From: Lama guanicoe
Lineage: Eukaryota
Reading direction: 5' to 3'
DNA length: 64,000 bases
NCBI GenBank assembly: GCA_013239625.1
Contig: MU053823.1
Coordinates: 147,698-211,697, forward strand
The position numbers and the translations under genes were made by a program. Below, piece by piece: positions 50,601 to 62,290 of this stretch. Below the pieces are notes generated by a model. It saw only the letters and a program-made list of their open reading frames with translations. It was not told where the DNA came from and made no database searches. Each line of letters begins with the position of its first letter. The first letter of the stretch is position 1.

Positions 50601-53600
50601 TATCGGGAGTCTCTCCTCATGGATATTTTCTTGTTTTTTATTTGGTGCTGCTTCAAACCATGCTGCAGTGACCATTCATGTGAATATTCACATACGTGTC
50701 TCCTTGCGGTGTGTGTGAGTTTCTCTAACTCGCACTTAGACACGCGTAACTGCTGAGGAGTGGACCCAGCGCGTCTCCCGCTTTGCCAGACTGCTCTCCA
50801 AAGGGTCGTTCCCCTCCCACAGTGGCGCAAATCGGTCCCCGAGATTTCACAGCCTGGCAGTCTTTGATATTTTGATGGTGACTGTATTTTTTTTTCAGTG
50901 ATCTAATGAGTGTAAACTGCACGATCCCATGTGATCTGTAATCCTCATAAGCAACCTCAAAGGACAGGCTTTCTAGACAATTTAACAGACCCTGGAAAAG
51001 GCCTGGATGACATCACAAATAGGGAATTACCACGGCCAGTCAGACAACTTGCTCTGCTCTTTCTCCCATCCACCAACACAACATCCTTTTGAAAACTTAG
51101 GCCTGACTCGAGCAGCATCACTCACCCCAGCCCAGCTGAAACAAAGCAGGTTCAGCTTTCCGTAGAAGGCAGAGCAGCGCGGAAAGGTTTGAGATGATAA
51201 TTGAAAAAGGCAACCCTCCCCTCAGCTCCGGCTGGCGTACTTTCCCCTGAAATTAAATATGAGTGTGTCGTCATTTTCATCGTTTCCTCCCCTCCAGATA
51301 ACTCCACCCACTGGACACGACCGCAGAGGCCCGGAGCGTCGCGGGGGCACTTTCACCGGCCCCGGGCCCCCTCTGCCGAGGTGGAGATGACGGCCTACGT
51401 GCTGCTGGCTCACCTGACGGCCCAGCCCGCCCCGACCCAGAAGGACCTGGCCTCTGCCACGCGCATCGTGAGGTGGATCACAAAGCAGCAGAACTCCCAG
51501 GGCGGCTTCTCCTCCACCCAGGTCTGCAGTTAACCAGAACCTTCTACTTCACCTTCAGGTAGCAAAAGGTTTGAACAGGATATAAACACATGCAAAAAGG
51601 AAAAATGAAGATGAGAATAACTTGAAATGAGGACAATGCTATCAGTGTTCAAGGATGGTGAGAAATGAGGAAAAATGAAAGTCAAAGAGGGCTGAAAAGA
51701 AAATGCCTTGAATTCTGCTGCCGCCCGCATGTTATTATCATGGGCTCCTGTTTCCAGTAACCACTTTGCACCCCTGAAGCAATAGTGGGACACCAGTAAC
51801 CCTACACACAATGGCAGAATGAATTTAAAACTCCAACATTTTCTGGAAGTTCTAAGAGACCTTTCAGATTGTTCCCAGAAACACTATTCAAACCCAATAA
51901 TCTCTCCCTGCAAATCTGTCCATTTCTAGGCCCATGTTTACTGGCTTCTTTTAAAGCTGACACATTTCATGCTTCCTCTACCGGCCTCTTAATATATAAA
52001 CATTTGTTTGTCAGGAGCATAAAGAACTATCTTTCTTCATCCAACTTCCTGAGCCTAACAACTATATAGTCTCACGTCTGAAAAAATCCTCCAATATAGA
52101 CAGAGCGGGAAGTTTCACCTCCGGAGAATTTAGAGGTTAGCATATGCATCCTAAAAGAGAATATGGCAACATGGAATCCCATCCTTTTTCCATTGTATTG
52201 AATCTCTTATTTTTCCATAGGAAGAGAGAAAATAATCATTTTGTTAAAACAGTCATCATTTGCTTCTGAGAAAACTATCGTTTAAAGGATGCCAGGTTCA
52301 GTGTGGATGAGAATAGAGAATGTGATGTGCCAGGGAGAGATCCAAGCTTCCAATACAAAAGAGACAGCCAAATAAAAATGTCAATAAGTCAAGAATATAA
52401 TTATAATTACTCATCCTGCATTTCTCTGGAGAAACTGAAGCATGACCTTGATCATGGCTGCAAAGGATCCCGGGTTCTCTCGGGACTCTGACCTCAGCAG
52501 CAGAGCAGAGTTTAGTCTGGAGGGAGAGCCAGACTGAACTTTGGTTGGTTGGTGCCAGGTATGACCACAGTTGTCAAGAAAGACATCTTAGGCAAATAAC
52601 TAGGGCTAAAAACTAATTCCCATTCATACATGTTCTCCACACTACATATCCCACATATATTTATAGAGAGAAAAGGATTGATTTTTCTGAGAAATAAAAT
52701 CAATTTCTAGGGCACATAGTCCTTGACAGATATGTGAAGGTTATGGTTCCGTCACCTAGGTAAGGATTATAACAGTCTTGATAGAACTCCAATACTTCCA
52801 TAGTCAGGGCAAAAGGAAAGAGAAAATCAAAACCCCTTTTGTGGCAGCCAACATGGGCCTTTGGGTCGTCAAAGGGCCACCATGCCTAGGTGGGCCCCTC
52901 ACCCTTCTCTTCCAGGACACAGTGGTGGCCCTCCACGCCTTGTCCAGATATGGGGCAGCCACTTTCACCAGGACTGGGAAGGCTGCACAGGTGACCATCC
53001 AGTCTTCGGGGACATTTTCCACAGAATTCCAAGTGAACAACAGCAACCTCCTGTTACTACAGCAGACTTCACTGCCAGAGGTGCCTGGAGAGTACAACGT
53101 GACCGCAACAGGACAAGGGTGTGTTTACCTCCAGGTGAGAGTCTGGGGCGGATGGGACAGGGGGCCTGGAGTAATCATCCTCACTGAAAAGGCCTAACTT
53201 GGCCTAACTGATTTGGTGGGACAAATCAGAAAGAGTTGAGGAAGTTGGGAGGAGTCCTGGAGAAGGGTTTTCCCCCTTCTAAACTCAGATTTTTGCCTTT
53301 GATGTTCCACAGACATCTTTGAAATACAATATTCTCCCGAAAAAGGAAGAGTTCCCATTTGCTCTGGAGTTGCAGACTGTGCCCCAAACTTGTGATGGAC
53401 CCAAAGCCCACACCAGCTTCCAGATCTCACTGAATGTCAGGTAAGTCCTCTGACCGTGTCGCTGAATTCTGGGTAGAACGACCAGTCTGCTCACTGGAAG
53501 GCCTCAGTAAGCAGAGCAGCGTGACAGGAAATATTTGTTCTATATTTCCTGAAAAAGCAATGTGTTCTCATGTCGACACAGAACCTCTCAGTGGTGGGGT

Positions 53601-56600
53601 TTACAGTGTACAGCCCCGACTCCAGGATCTATTACTGTCTGACCTCACTATTTATAGGTTATTCATGCCTGTCAGCAATAATTAAATAAAGAATATTAAT
53701 GCCTTGCCTGAATTCCTGATTTTATTCTAATGTAGTGATTCATCCTGATTTCCTTCTATTGTAATGAAATTCTGTATTATTTTTGCTCTATTTGGGACAG
53801 AGATGGAGACTTGTTGAAAAGTGTGAATAGAAGGAAGTAGTGATTTCCCAGTACCGGCAATAAATAAATCTCAGATTATATATGAAATAATCAAGTTGGG
53901 GAAAAACACATACATAGGCAGCAATACTCAAACAGCTACAGGGCTTCTTGTATCTGCCCGCGAGAGTGTGATAACCTGGAAGGCGGTACTCTTCAGGGAA
54001 AAAGAGAAAGTCGTGTAACAAGTGACTGGGACCAACTTAGCGGTCTCAAGCCCAGGTGTGCTTCACATATAGAGCTTTCTTAAAATGCAGATCCTCCGAA
54101 ATTCTGATTTATCAGGTCCAAAGGAGGACCTGGTCTCTGTGGCTTTAACAGGCTCGCCTGAAGATTCTAATTCACAGCCAGTTTTCTGAGCTACTCGAGT
54201 AAGAAATTTAGGAAGAAGTCCATGTCCCTTTCAGGGCTCTTGAGTGCTTATATTGGACACAGAAAAAGAGAACAATTAATAACACAAAAATTCCTTCTTT
54301 CTTTCTTCTCTGCATCTCTAGTTACACTGGAAGCCGTCCTGCCTCCAACATGGCAATTGCTGATGTGAAGATGGTATCTGGTTTTATTCCCCTGAAACCA
54401 ACAGTGAAAATGGTACATTTCTTATAAGCCCAGGAGACCCTATTTTATTTAATGTGTTATGTATCTCTAGACTGACAATATTAATATGAGAACACCATTA
54501 AATCAACCTCTATCAAAGACTTAATACTTTCTCTGAACTCAGAAATATAATTTAGTATGTTTGCATGGGGGCTGGTTGGTTGGTTGGTTTTCTCATTAAA
54601 TTTTGTTTTAATGGGTCTCAAAATTCTGTGATGGAGTTTCGGTCATGTTTTCGTTAAGATACTCATTAAAAAATACTAATTTTAAAAACTAACAACTCAA
54701 AACTGCCACACACGGAAACACGTATGATCCAGAAAACATTTTCCTTTCCCTCGGGTTTTATGATGCATTGTTACCGCTCACCAACCTTTCACTACCAAAC
54801 GGCGGTGGTCGCTTCAGACGGTTTTGAGGCTGTCCTTTCATCACTGAGGGACCTGGGGTGGCAGGTATTAGAGATCATGTTCATTCAGCCTTCTGAGCTT
54901 TCTGGGCAGATCTGGTGACCTCGCCAGCTCCACCTGCTTCTTGTCCATGGCTTTGGTGACACTCACAGCAATCGTCTGGCTCATGTCATAAATCACACTC
55001 TGCCAGGAGCCATGTGTACTAGGGAAAAGCTGGCAGCAGGCTCCTGCTTTAATGGCGCTTAGATACTTCAGAAGATAAAGCGTATGCACATGAGCCAGTG
55101 GGAAAAAATATGAAAAAGATTGATTGACATAAACTATAAATATTAAGAAGTACAGAGAAAAATGAGATTGCTATATAGCTTGAGAAAGCAAAAAAAGTGA
55201 AAAAAAAAAAACCCAAAAACAAAAACCTCCTTCATGAAGGAACGGAAGATGAATTGAACCTTGAAATATGGGTAATTCCCAAGTTTCGGATATTTAGTTC
55301 CCTTTCCTTCAAATAAATCTCCTTTATACGTGGGTCCTGTGTCATAACTAATACTAAACCTTGCATCCCAATTACCTTTCATTTCTAATTTTGCCACATT
55401 ATTGTCTTTGCTTATAAAAAGCATTTGAAGAAATGTTACCCTGAGGCTTAATAAACATCCTTCTTTCCTCTGGTTTCCCCCAGGGTTTTCATCTGTTTAT
55501 TAACATTTATGATGTCTTAATTTTCTTCAGCTTGAAAGATCTAACCACGTGAGCCGGACAGAAGTCAGCAACAACCACGTCTTGATTTACCTGGATAAGG
55601 TGAGAGCCCTGCTGTTCCGGTTGCAAAAAATGTAGACAGTGATGCCTCTACAGAAGCTACCTGGGAAGTGAATGAAGGCATTTTGGAGGCATCACTTCCA
55701 TGCTAAAAATCTGGGAATTGTAATATTAGTTCCAGTGAATATTCGCCTCTTCTCTATTTATTTTTCATCTGGGACTATGGGGAGAAATGACTTGTTACAA
55801 ATATTGGAATATGAATATTTCTAGGACTCCATAAGCAAGAAGTTCCCCACAAAATGTGCTTACTATGTGCATAAGTTATTTTGAAGATAGTAATATAAGA
55901 AAGTAACTATTGGGATTAGTCAATTATTATTTCAACATTACATCAATGAGACAAAAGGGGACCTTACTATCAATCTCATCAAGGACTTTGGCATAAAATA
56001 ACAAGATCACTCCACCAATAAACCAATGTGATTTCACAGCTGTGTGTTGTTACATAGTTTATTCATTACTATACTGATGGATATTATAGTTTGCAAATTT
56101 TGTAAAACAAGGCAGCAGTGATCAACTGTTGATATTCCTTTTGGAGTCAACATAAATATTTCTATAAGACAGAGAAGTAAAACTGTACCAAATCTCCAAT
56201 ATTTAAAAATGAACGTAATTATTTAAACAATAAAAAGCATACATCATTCGCCCTCTGTGAACAGAGCCCTGTGCTCACATTGATGGGAGTATATGAATAG
56301 TTTTAGTTATTTAAGAAACAATTTGGGGAAGTTTCCATCTGCTCTGAGAGCTTTTGGCCCAATTTAAGGATCCTGTTAGTTGACAAAAAGTTTTTCCCCA
56401 AGATAGATGAGTACTTATACTCATTCAAAGAAGACAGAAGAAACGTCCCTGGAGGGTCATTTAACTGCCTTTTGCTTTCTAGGTGACAAATCAGACTGTG
56501 GGCTTGTCCTTCACGGTTCTGCAAGACGTCCCAGTAAGAGATCTGAAACCAGCCATAGTGAAAGTCTATGATTACTACGAGACAGGTGAGTGAGAGCAAC

Positions 56601-57469
56601 TTTCACACAGAAATTAAATTCCTGATCACAGAAATTTAGATTTGAGAAATGTGTTCGGGCAATTCATTACTCTGATTGCTCTTATCACTTCATTTTGTGT
56701 CCATCAAAGTCTGAGTCTCCTGTCTTTATCTTCTGTACACACATTGTAAAAATAACCTATAGGATAAATTTACCAACTACTAATACAAAGCACCTTTTCT
56801 TCAGATAAAATCAACTGTAGGACAATATGAAATTTAAGCAAGCATAACATCTGAACTGCTACCCTTCAGGAGTTTAGGGTAAAGCAAAGCATAACATACA
56901 GTATCTGAAAAGTTAATAACATAAGGCAGAAAGCAATACATCAAATGAATGATGCTCATACAACACAATTCTTGCCACAATAAAGATTCTTCCACTGACC
57001 TGTATCCCGTAGATGTTTGCTTTCCCTCTCACTTGACCTGACAATTTTTGTTTTTATTCAGATGAGTTTGCAGTTGCTGAGTACAATGCTCCTTGCAGCA
57101 AAGGTAAGCAAAGCAATTCACACTCCTTCCAAATGGAGTCAGAACCCCTTTGGCTTGTCCCCCAAATCCCCTGCATAAAATTCTGGCTAAATACTTTTCT
57201 CAGACTTCATACTGCTCACAGTGCAAGTTATTACAGAAAAAATGCACTTATTGGGAAAGGGCCACTGATGGTCAAACTTCAGACAGCTCATAAAATTGCA
57301 TTTTGGATAATTTTAAGTAACGGATCTCATTTCCCACGTATATACTAGTTGGATTTCCTCAGGCACTATGCTACCTGGATCCAAGAGAAGGAATATTCAC
57401 TGCTCAGGAAACCCAAATCCATCTTAATTTTCTCTTCTTTCCACTATCACAGATCCTGGAAATGTTTAA
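22297..57469 (+). CDS. A2M: Alpha-2-macroglobulin, complete 36-exon gene, 1480 aa
   Basis: All 36 exons located with GT-AG boundaries and consistent phases; summed CDS 4443 nt with no internal stop; signal peptide [11 protein letters not shown]..., bait region, GCGEQ thioester, C-terminal receptor-binding domain ending DPGNV*. Confidence 0.97.
22985..23125 (-). mobile_element. L1 3' end fragment in A2M intron 1
   Basis: Poly-T then ttgagttatagtc...tacaatgttgtgtcaaattccagtgtagagcac. Confidence 0.75.
23338..23651 (+). mobile_element. L1 3' end fragment in A2M intron 1
   Basis: gaacttatggttaccaggggg...gcacagggaactatattcaata...gtaaactgactatacttcaataaa. Confidence 0.82.
24965..25148 (+). CDS. 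A2M: A2M exon 2
   Basis: [22 protein letters not shown]...FHCVSFT; 184 nt. Confidence 0.95.
25896..26055 (+). CDS. A2M: A2M exon 3
   Basis: [13 protein letters not shown]...[12 protein letters not shown]; 160 nt. Confidence 0.95.
26212..26264 (+). CDS. A2M: A2M exon 4
   Basis: [18 protein letters not shown]; 53 nt. Confidence 0.93.
27090..27110 (+). CDS. A2M: A2M exon 5 (21-nt microexon)
   Basis: SPLVYIE; strong polypyrimidine acceptor, donor gtaagc. Confidence 0.9.
27372..27540 (+). CDS. A2M: A2M exon 6
   Basis: [15 protein letters not shown]...HHFTVEEY; 169 nt. Confidence 0.95.
27988..28072 (+). CDS. A2M: A2M exon 7
   Basis: [29 protein letters not shown]; 85 nt. Confidence 0.95.
29159..29279 (+). 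CDS. A2M: A2M exon 8
   Basis: [19 protein letters not shown]...CETFSQE; 121 nt. Confidence 0.95.
30009..30123 (+). CDS. A2M: A2M exon 9
   Basis: [17 protein letters not shown]...KIQEEGT; 115 nt. Confidence 0.95.
30271..30380 (+). CDS. A2M: A2M exon 10
   Basis: [37 protein letters not shown]; 110 nt. Confidence 0.95.
31920..32081 (+). CDS. A2M: A2M exon 11
   Basis: [16 protein letters not shown]...DTSLTVK; 162 nt. Confidence 0.95.
32280..32910 (+). mobile_element. Old L1M 3' fragment containing an (AC)14 microsatellite at 32627-32655
   Basis: gctgggaatataaaatggtgcaactgctatggaaaacagtatgg...ggaagcaacccaaatatccatcaacagatgaa. Confidence 0.8.
33434..33563 (+). mobile_element. tRNA-Ala-derived SINE (Vic-1-like)
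   Basis: gctcagtggtagagtg...gaggtcctgggttca + A-rich tail. Confidence 0.8.
34358..34585 (+). CDS. A2M: A2M exon 12
   Basis: [15 protein letters not shown]...ELPCGQ...LKELEFYYL; 228 nt. Confidence 0.95.
34832..34895 (+). CDS. A2M: A2M exon 13
   Basis: [21 protein letters not shown]; 64 nt. Confidence 0.94.
36051..36193 (+). CDS. A2M: A2M exon 14
   Basis: [24 protein letters not shown]...ENCLVNK; 143 nt. Confidence 0.95.
36785..36934 (+). CDS. A2M: A2M exon 15
   Basis: [14 protein letters not shown]...[13 protein letters not shown]...SPAS; 150 nt. Confidence 0.95.
38921..39088 (+). CDS. A2M: A2M exon 16
   Basis: [12 protein letters not shown]...KDMYSFLQ; 168 nt. Confidence 0.95.
39543..39654 (+). 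CDS. A2M: A2M exon 17 (start of bait region)
   Basis: [37 protein letters not shown]; 112 nt. Confidence 0.94.
40953..41073 (+). CDS. A2M: A2M exon 18 (end of bait region)
   Basis: [40 protein letters not shown]; 121 nt; FPETWIW motif. Confidence 0.94.
41702..44064 (-). mobile_element. Near full-length Tigger1 DNA transposon in A2M intron 18
   Basis: TA flanks (41700-41701, 44065-44066); degenerate TIRs caaacatacctc / gagataagtctg; minus-strand ORF remnants [21 protein letters not shown] and [19 protein letters not shown] are Tigger/pogo transposase. Confidence 0.92.
44111..44339 (+). CDS. A2M: A2M exon 19
   Basis: [24 protein letters not shown]...NYLPKCIP; 229 nt. Confidence 0.95.
45025..45151 (+). 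CDS. A2M: A2M exon 20
   Basis: [13 protein letters not shown]...WAVTPKSL; 127 nt. Confidence 0.95.
45488..45609 (+). CDS. A2M: A2M exon 21
   Basis: [19 protein letters not shown]...IIKPLLVE; 122 nt. Confidence 0.95.
45969..46020 (+). CDS. A2M: A2M exon 22
   Basis: [17 protein letters not shown]; 52 nt. Confidence 0.93.
46246..46329 (+). CDS. A2M: A2M exon 23
   Basis: [28 protein letters not shown]; 84 nt. Confidence 0.93.
46610..46786 (+). CDS. A2M: A2M exon 24 (thioester motif)
   Basis: [33 protein letters not shown]...; GCGEQ encoded at 46666-46680; 177 nt. Confidence 0.97.
47110..47197 (+). CDS. A2M: A2M exon 25
   Basis: [30 protein letters not shown]; 88 nt. Confidence 0.95.
47790..48043. 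mobile_element. Tigger2-family MITE (MER8-like)
   Basis: TIRs cagttgacccttgaa / ttcaacggtcaactg flanked by TA on both sides; 254 bp. Confidence 0.85.
48206..48362 (+). CDS. A2M: A2M exon 26
   Basis: [12 protein letters not shown]...[15 protein letters not shown]; 157 nt. Confidence 0.95.
48476..48630 (+). mobile_element. tRNA-Ala-derived SINE (Vic-1-like)
   Basis: gagggtatagctgaagcagtagagcgcatgcttagcatg...ggtcctgggttcaatcccc + aataaa tail. Confidence 0.85.
48803..48877 (+). CDS. A2M: A2M exon 27
   Basis: [25 protein letters not shown]; 75 nt. Confidence 0.95.
49306..49492 (+). CDS. A2M: A2M exon 28
   Basis: [15 protein letters not shown]...[10 protein letters not shown]; 187 nt. Confidence 0.94.
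51298..51521 (+). CDS. A2M: A2M exon 29
   Basis: [12 protein letters not shown]...[10 protein letters not shown]...[12 protein letters not shown]; 224 nt. Confidence 0.95.
52916..53134 (+). CDS. A2M: A2M exon 30
   Basis: [17 protein letters not shown]...GQGCVYLQ; 219 nt. Confidence 0.95.
53313..53440 (+). CDS. A2M: A2M exon 31
   Basis: [19 protein letters not shown]...FQISLNV; 128 nt. Confidence 0.95.
54322..54412 (+). CDS. A2M: A2M exon 32 (receptor-binding lysines, KPTVK)
   Basis: [30 protein letters not shown]; 91 nt. Confidence 0.95.
55531..55599 (+). CDS. A2M: A2M exon 33
   Basis: [23 protein letters not shown]; 69 nt. Confidence 0.95.
56483..56585 (+). CDS. A2M: A2M exon 34
   Basis: [34 protein letters not shown]; 103 nt. 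Confidence 0.95.
57062..57103 (+). CDS. A2M: A2M exon 35
   Basis: [14 protein letters not shown]; 42 nt. Confidence 0.94.
57453..57469 (+). CDS. A2M: A2M exon 36, coding part
   Basis: (G)AT CCT GGA AAT GTT TAA = DPGNV*. Confidence 0.92.
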
Positions 57470-57566
57470 AGATCACATCAATGAAAACTGCTTTGCTAGA
57501 GTCCCTGTTCCACTGACTCAGGTCTCCATGGAGCAAAAGAGTCTTTGAATCTCTGCAGGCTTGATG

Positions 57567-57572
57567 AATAAA
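57567..57572 (+). terminator. A2M: A2M polyadenylation signal
   Basis: AATAAA about 100 nt after the stop, followed by T-rich sequence. Confidence 0.8.
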
Positions 57573-58439
57573 CCTTTGTTTCTGGTCAGCTCTATCACTG
57601 TTTCCTCATTTATTCCATAAACATTTATTACACTTCCACATGAGTCCCAGTAGAACGCTGAGGAAAAAATTCATAGCGATCAAGAGCTGAGGGGCTTTGG
57701 GCTTCAGAAATTGAAAAACATTACAGAGATGCTGGTCTGAGCAGGCTTCACGTAGAGGTTACAGGGAAAATAAGAATGTATTGGATTATGTACTAGGAGC
57801 GTGTAAACTTGTTTGGTGACAGGTATATTCTAAGAAAAAGCCAAAGAGTGAAATTAGGAGAAAATAAATGGCTGACTTGACAAGGAAAGACTTTCCACTT
57901 CAAAGGGAAGTAATCAAATAGACAGTTGGGCATGTCACATTGGGAGGCAGCATAATTAGCTGGGACTTGATTTGAATTGGAAGTTATGAGTCCTCAGAAC
58001 CAAATCTGCCATTGACAGATATGAGTGATCAATCAGTTAACCTTGGGTTTCAGACTCAGTAAAGGATGGCAGATTGAAAATACTGAAGAGGTGACACAAG
58101 TCACAGAGAGTTTTTCTAGAAGAAAGGATATATAGTATTCAAAGCACAAATACACTGGAGTATCTTTTTTTCTGAAACTCTGAGCCAGAACCAAAGGATG
58201 GATATAAACTCAAGGAGGTATTCAGATGCATTAAGTATTAAAATTATCCATTACATAGATGGAGGGGCAGAAGCTTTGGGAGTCTGAAGAGAAGATTCCT
58301 GGGGAAGTCCCAGGAGTTCTAGTCTTCATTTGATTTAGTCTGACAGAAGCCTAGGTGCTGCAAACTAAGAACTCCAAAGGACTGTGAAGTTCAAGCATCC
58401 TTAGCTGTCTCCAGGATAGACAAAAATAAAAGGTAAAAG

Positions 58440-58630
58440 TTATCACCTTCAGACTAGGTTCTACACTAAGCACTTCACAGGTATTAATATATCAACCCTA
58501 TGAAATAGGGACAATGATAACAAATGAAGAAACTGAGGCACACAGTGGTGTAACCTGCCCAAAGTTACTCAGCCAATAAATGGCTGAACCAGAATTCAGT
58601 ACCAAGAAGTCTGGTTTCCAAGTCCACGTT
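58440..58630. mobile_element. MIR fragment
   Basis: MIR core aaatgaagaaactgaggcacacag...cctgcccaaagttac; similar cores near 19520, 32950 and 49740. Confidence 0.65.
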
Positions 58631-61349
58631 CATAACCACAAACCACGCTGTGAAAGGAAAAGTACGTGCAGACATGACAGTAAAGGAGATAGAAATGTTC
58701 AGGGGTCAGTTCATATGGTGTTTTATATTTTATTTGTATTTTATTTTTTAAAATAATAAGGTGCTGTGTGCTTGCATGTCCTTATATGTGCCTCTCCGCT
58801 GACCTCATCTTTCCCCACCTTGAATCAGTTGGTCAGGGGCGTCCATTTGCCTCAGGGAAATTGAGAGGTTATGGCAGGAATTCAAAGAGAAAGAAATAGA
58901 ATACTTGACCTACCTTGCCAAAATAAATGACTTCTAAATTTATTTTGACTCCACTGATAAATCACAATTCTGGCAGATTAGAATATAACAATTTACCCCA
59001 TGAAAGAGGTCACAAGAATTCAGAATATGTTAGGAAACAGCTAAACAACAGCAAAACATGTGACTGGAAACAGAACGAGGAAGCACTCTGTATATCAACA
59101 TAGAAATATCCCCGGGATTACATTGTTCAGAGAAAACAGTAGAGCAAAGAACAGGATACATATTACAGACTCTTTTATATAATAAGGGGGTCGGGGAGGA
59201 AATAATGTGTCTGTATTTTTTGCACTTACATAAAATAATACTGGAAGGAGACCCATTAGAAAAAAAAAACAGCTATTAAAGTGTTTCCCTACCTAGAGGA
59301 ACAGGGTAAAATAACTGGAAGTTTTCAAGGATGGGAAGGAGACCATTTAGTGAATACTATTTAAAATTATTTGACTATTGAACCATATGAACATATTTAC
59401 TATTCTGAGAATTAAACTAAAATCCAATGAATAAGAAGCTTAAGACTAAGAAGAAATATTGAACTCAGTACCTGGCAATCTGTACAAGGAGAAAGAATAT
59501 ACTTATTCTATCAAGTAGCATTAAAGGTGTCTTACCTCATAATCATCATTTGGTCCTAAAGCCCGAATACTCTTCATATCTTGTTTTATGAAATGCATTT
59601 TCCTGCTTCTGCATCCCTTTTTCCTCCTCTTCTTTGATTTCTTCTCCTCCTTTCCCCAAATGTTTCTCTCTTTCTCCTCAGCCTTTGTCTACTAAAGAAG
59701 ACAAGAAATAAACTCTTTAAAATTTGATGGCACGTGTCCACCCTGACCCATTAAATATTCTTTCTTTCCATTAAATATTCTTACAACAAAAACCTAACAC
59801 CTTTATTCCAGGAGGTAACGGTAGATTTTGAATTATTCACATTAAGTGAATAACAATAATAGTATTAATCGCCAATATACTAAGACTTGGAGAGGTTAAG
59901 ACATTTTCCCAAGGCCTAACAGTCTTGTTATGAAGCCTGTAATTTATTTTAAATTATTTAGCACGGACAGCACAGCACTGTCAGGCATGTTTATTAGAAG
60001 TTAGTACTCTGGAATGGGGCCTGTGCATCAGGATGTTAAATGCTTCTCGGATGCATCTAATGCACAGCCAAGGTGGCAAGCGCTGCTTTAAGCCCGTTCT
60101 CAAAGAGTGATCTCCAGACAAGCAGCATCAGCATCACCAGGGAATGTGACCAAAATGCTAATCTTAGGACCCCACCCCAGGCTTACTGAGTCAGCAACTC
60201 CGTTAGTAGAACTCAGTGGTCCATTTTAACCAGTCCTTCAGGTAATCCTTGTGTACCCTAAGAGAAGCAACAAGCTATCCTTCCTTCAGGGCAGAGAGTC
60301 TCAATCCTACTTGAACATTAGAATCACCTCATTAGAAGAAGTTTTTTGTCTGTTTGCTTATTTTGCTCTGTTTTATTTTGTTTTACTAATGCCATGGCCC
60401 CATGCCAAAATATTCAGATTTAATTGGTTTAATTGGCCCAGAATGGGGTCTAGACAGCAGTATTTTTTTCTTTAGGTTGATTCTAATATACAAACAAGGA
60501 TGAGAACAACTGTTTTACGGGCAGTGCCTAACCTAATCAGTAAGTCATGTTCCAGGTATTTCAGCTTCCAAGCCAGCAGGTCTCACTCCTACACAAAAGG
60601 ATCATCTACAGAGATTTAAAAACATACTAATGCCTGGGCACCAACACCAGAGTCTTGATTTAATAGGTTTGGGGTGGGGAATGTACATAGCTAGCCAAAA
60701 CACTATAGTGAGTGTTCCTTTCACCAGAAGTTGAAAACAACTAATCTAATTACAGGTTGTGCTACTAAGAGCATTTCAATCATCTTTATTTCCCATCAAT
60801 AACAGAGGTTTTGCTTATTATCATAATAAGTGTACAATGGGTTTTCATTAGTGAAATTAGTGGCTTTTATTCAGCCTAATGGTTGGAAATGAGTTTCCAT
60901 TAGTGAAATAAGTGGTAATCCAGAAATGTCAATAGGCTAAAATATGCCAAAGCAGTGGCTTTTCAGAGTTTGGTTCCTGGACTATTAGCAATACAGTGTT
61001 AAAAAATGCAAATTATAGACTCCTTCCTAGAGTTTCTGACTTAGAAACTGCAGGGTTGTGTCCCTGCAGTTCATATTTGAACAAATCTTCCAGTTGATTC
61101 TGATGCACACTGAACTTTGAAAACCAAATGACTAGAAATTTATGAACTACTACCAAAAAAAATAAACTATTAATGTAACTGGAACAGAGTGAGGCCAGTT
61201 CACAACGTTTGACACATTTGAGGAAGAATGTAATTACTTAAATTATGAGTTAAGAAAAGGAAATGTGTAATCTTCCATAAAAAAAAATCTGAAGCTGAGG
61301 AGACTTGTAACCTTGTCTTGGTGCCTGAAAATTCTAAAACTGAAAAATA

Positions 61350-62290
61350 GAATAATTGAAATTAAGAATTCAAAGGACAGACTTAACAGTATATTAAACA
61401 TAGACAAGTAGAGAATAAACAACTCAGAAGATAAGTCAGAAGAAGCTATTCAGAGTAAGTCATGGAGGACAAAAGGATAAAAGATACAGGAGTAAAGGTG
61501 TGAGTCATAGAGATACCGTGAGAAAGATCAACATATATGTGATTACGATCCCAGAAAAAGAGTGGAGAGGAAATGGTATAAACACTACTGAAGTGATAAT
61601 GACTGAGAACTTTTCGAAACTAATGAAAGACATCATGGCACAAACTCAGGAAGTGCTAAAACTCAAACACAATCAGTAGAAACAAAGCCATTTCTGAGCA
61701 AGCACAGACAGTTCAAAATAAGATGAAGCCAAAGAGATCCACACCAAGACACATACCAATTAAAACGCCAGAAGTTAAAAGATAAAGAGAGACTCTTGAA
61801 AGCAGCAAGAGAAAAAACAACTGGTTATGTACAAGGGAACCCCCATAAGACTAGCTGATTTTTCAGCAGAAAATTTACGGGCCAAAAGGGACTGGCACCA
61901 TATATCCAAAGTACTGAAAGGAAAAAACTTAAACCAAGAATACTCTACCCGGAAAGGTTAGCATTCATAAGTGAAGAAGAGAGAAAGAGTTTAACAGACA
62001 AGGAAAGGCTAAAAGAGTTCAGCACCACTGAACCAGCTTTACAAGAAATGTTAAAGGGACTTCTCTCAGCGGAAAAGAAAAGGCCACAATTAGAAATGCG
62101 AAAATTATCAAAGTAAAAATTTCACTGTTAAAGGCAAACATACAGTAAAGGTAGTAGATCAACCACTTATAAAGCTAGTAGGAAGTTTAAAAAACAGAAG
62201 TAGTAAAATCATCTATATCCACAATAAGTAGTTTTAAAATACACAAACAAGAAAATGTAACATACGAATGTCAAAAGCATCCAATATGGA
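61350..62290 (+). mobile_element. L1 ORF1-region fragments
   Basis: gatccacaccaagacacatac...tcttgaaagcagcaagagaaaa...gatttttcagcagaaa...acaagaaatgttaaagggacttct. Confidence 0.8.

Noticed and set aside
57600..61300. Antisense lncRNA equivalent to human A2M-AS1, or KLRG1 exons
   Set aside because: No CpG-island promoter or recognisable exons visible; cannot be supported from sequence alone
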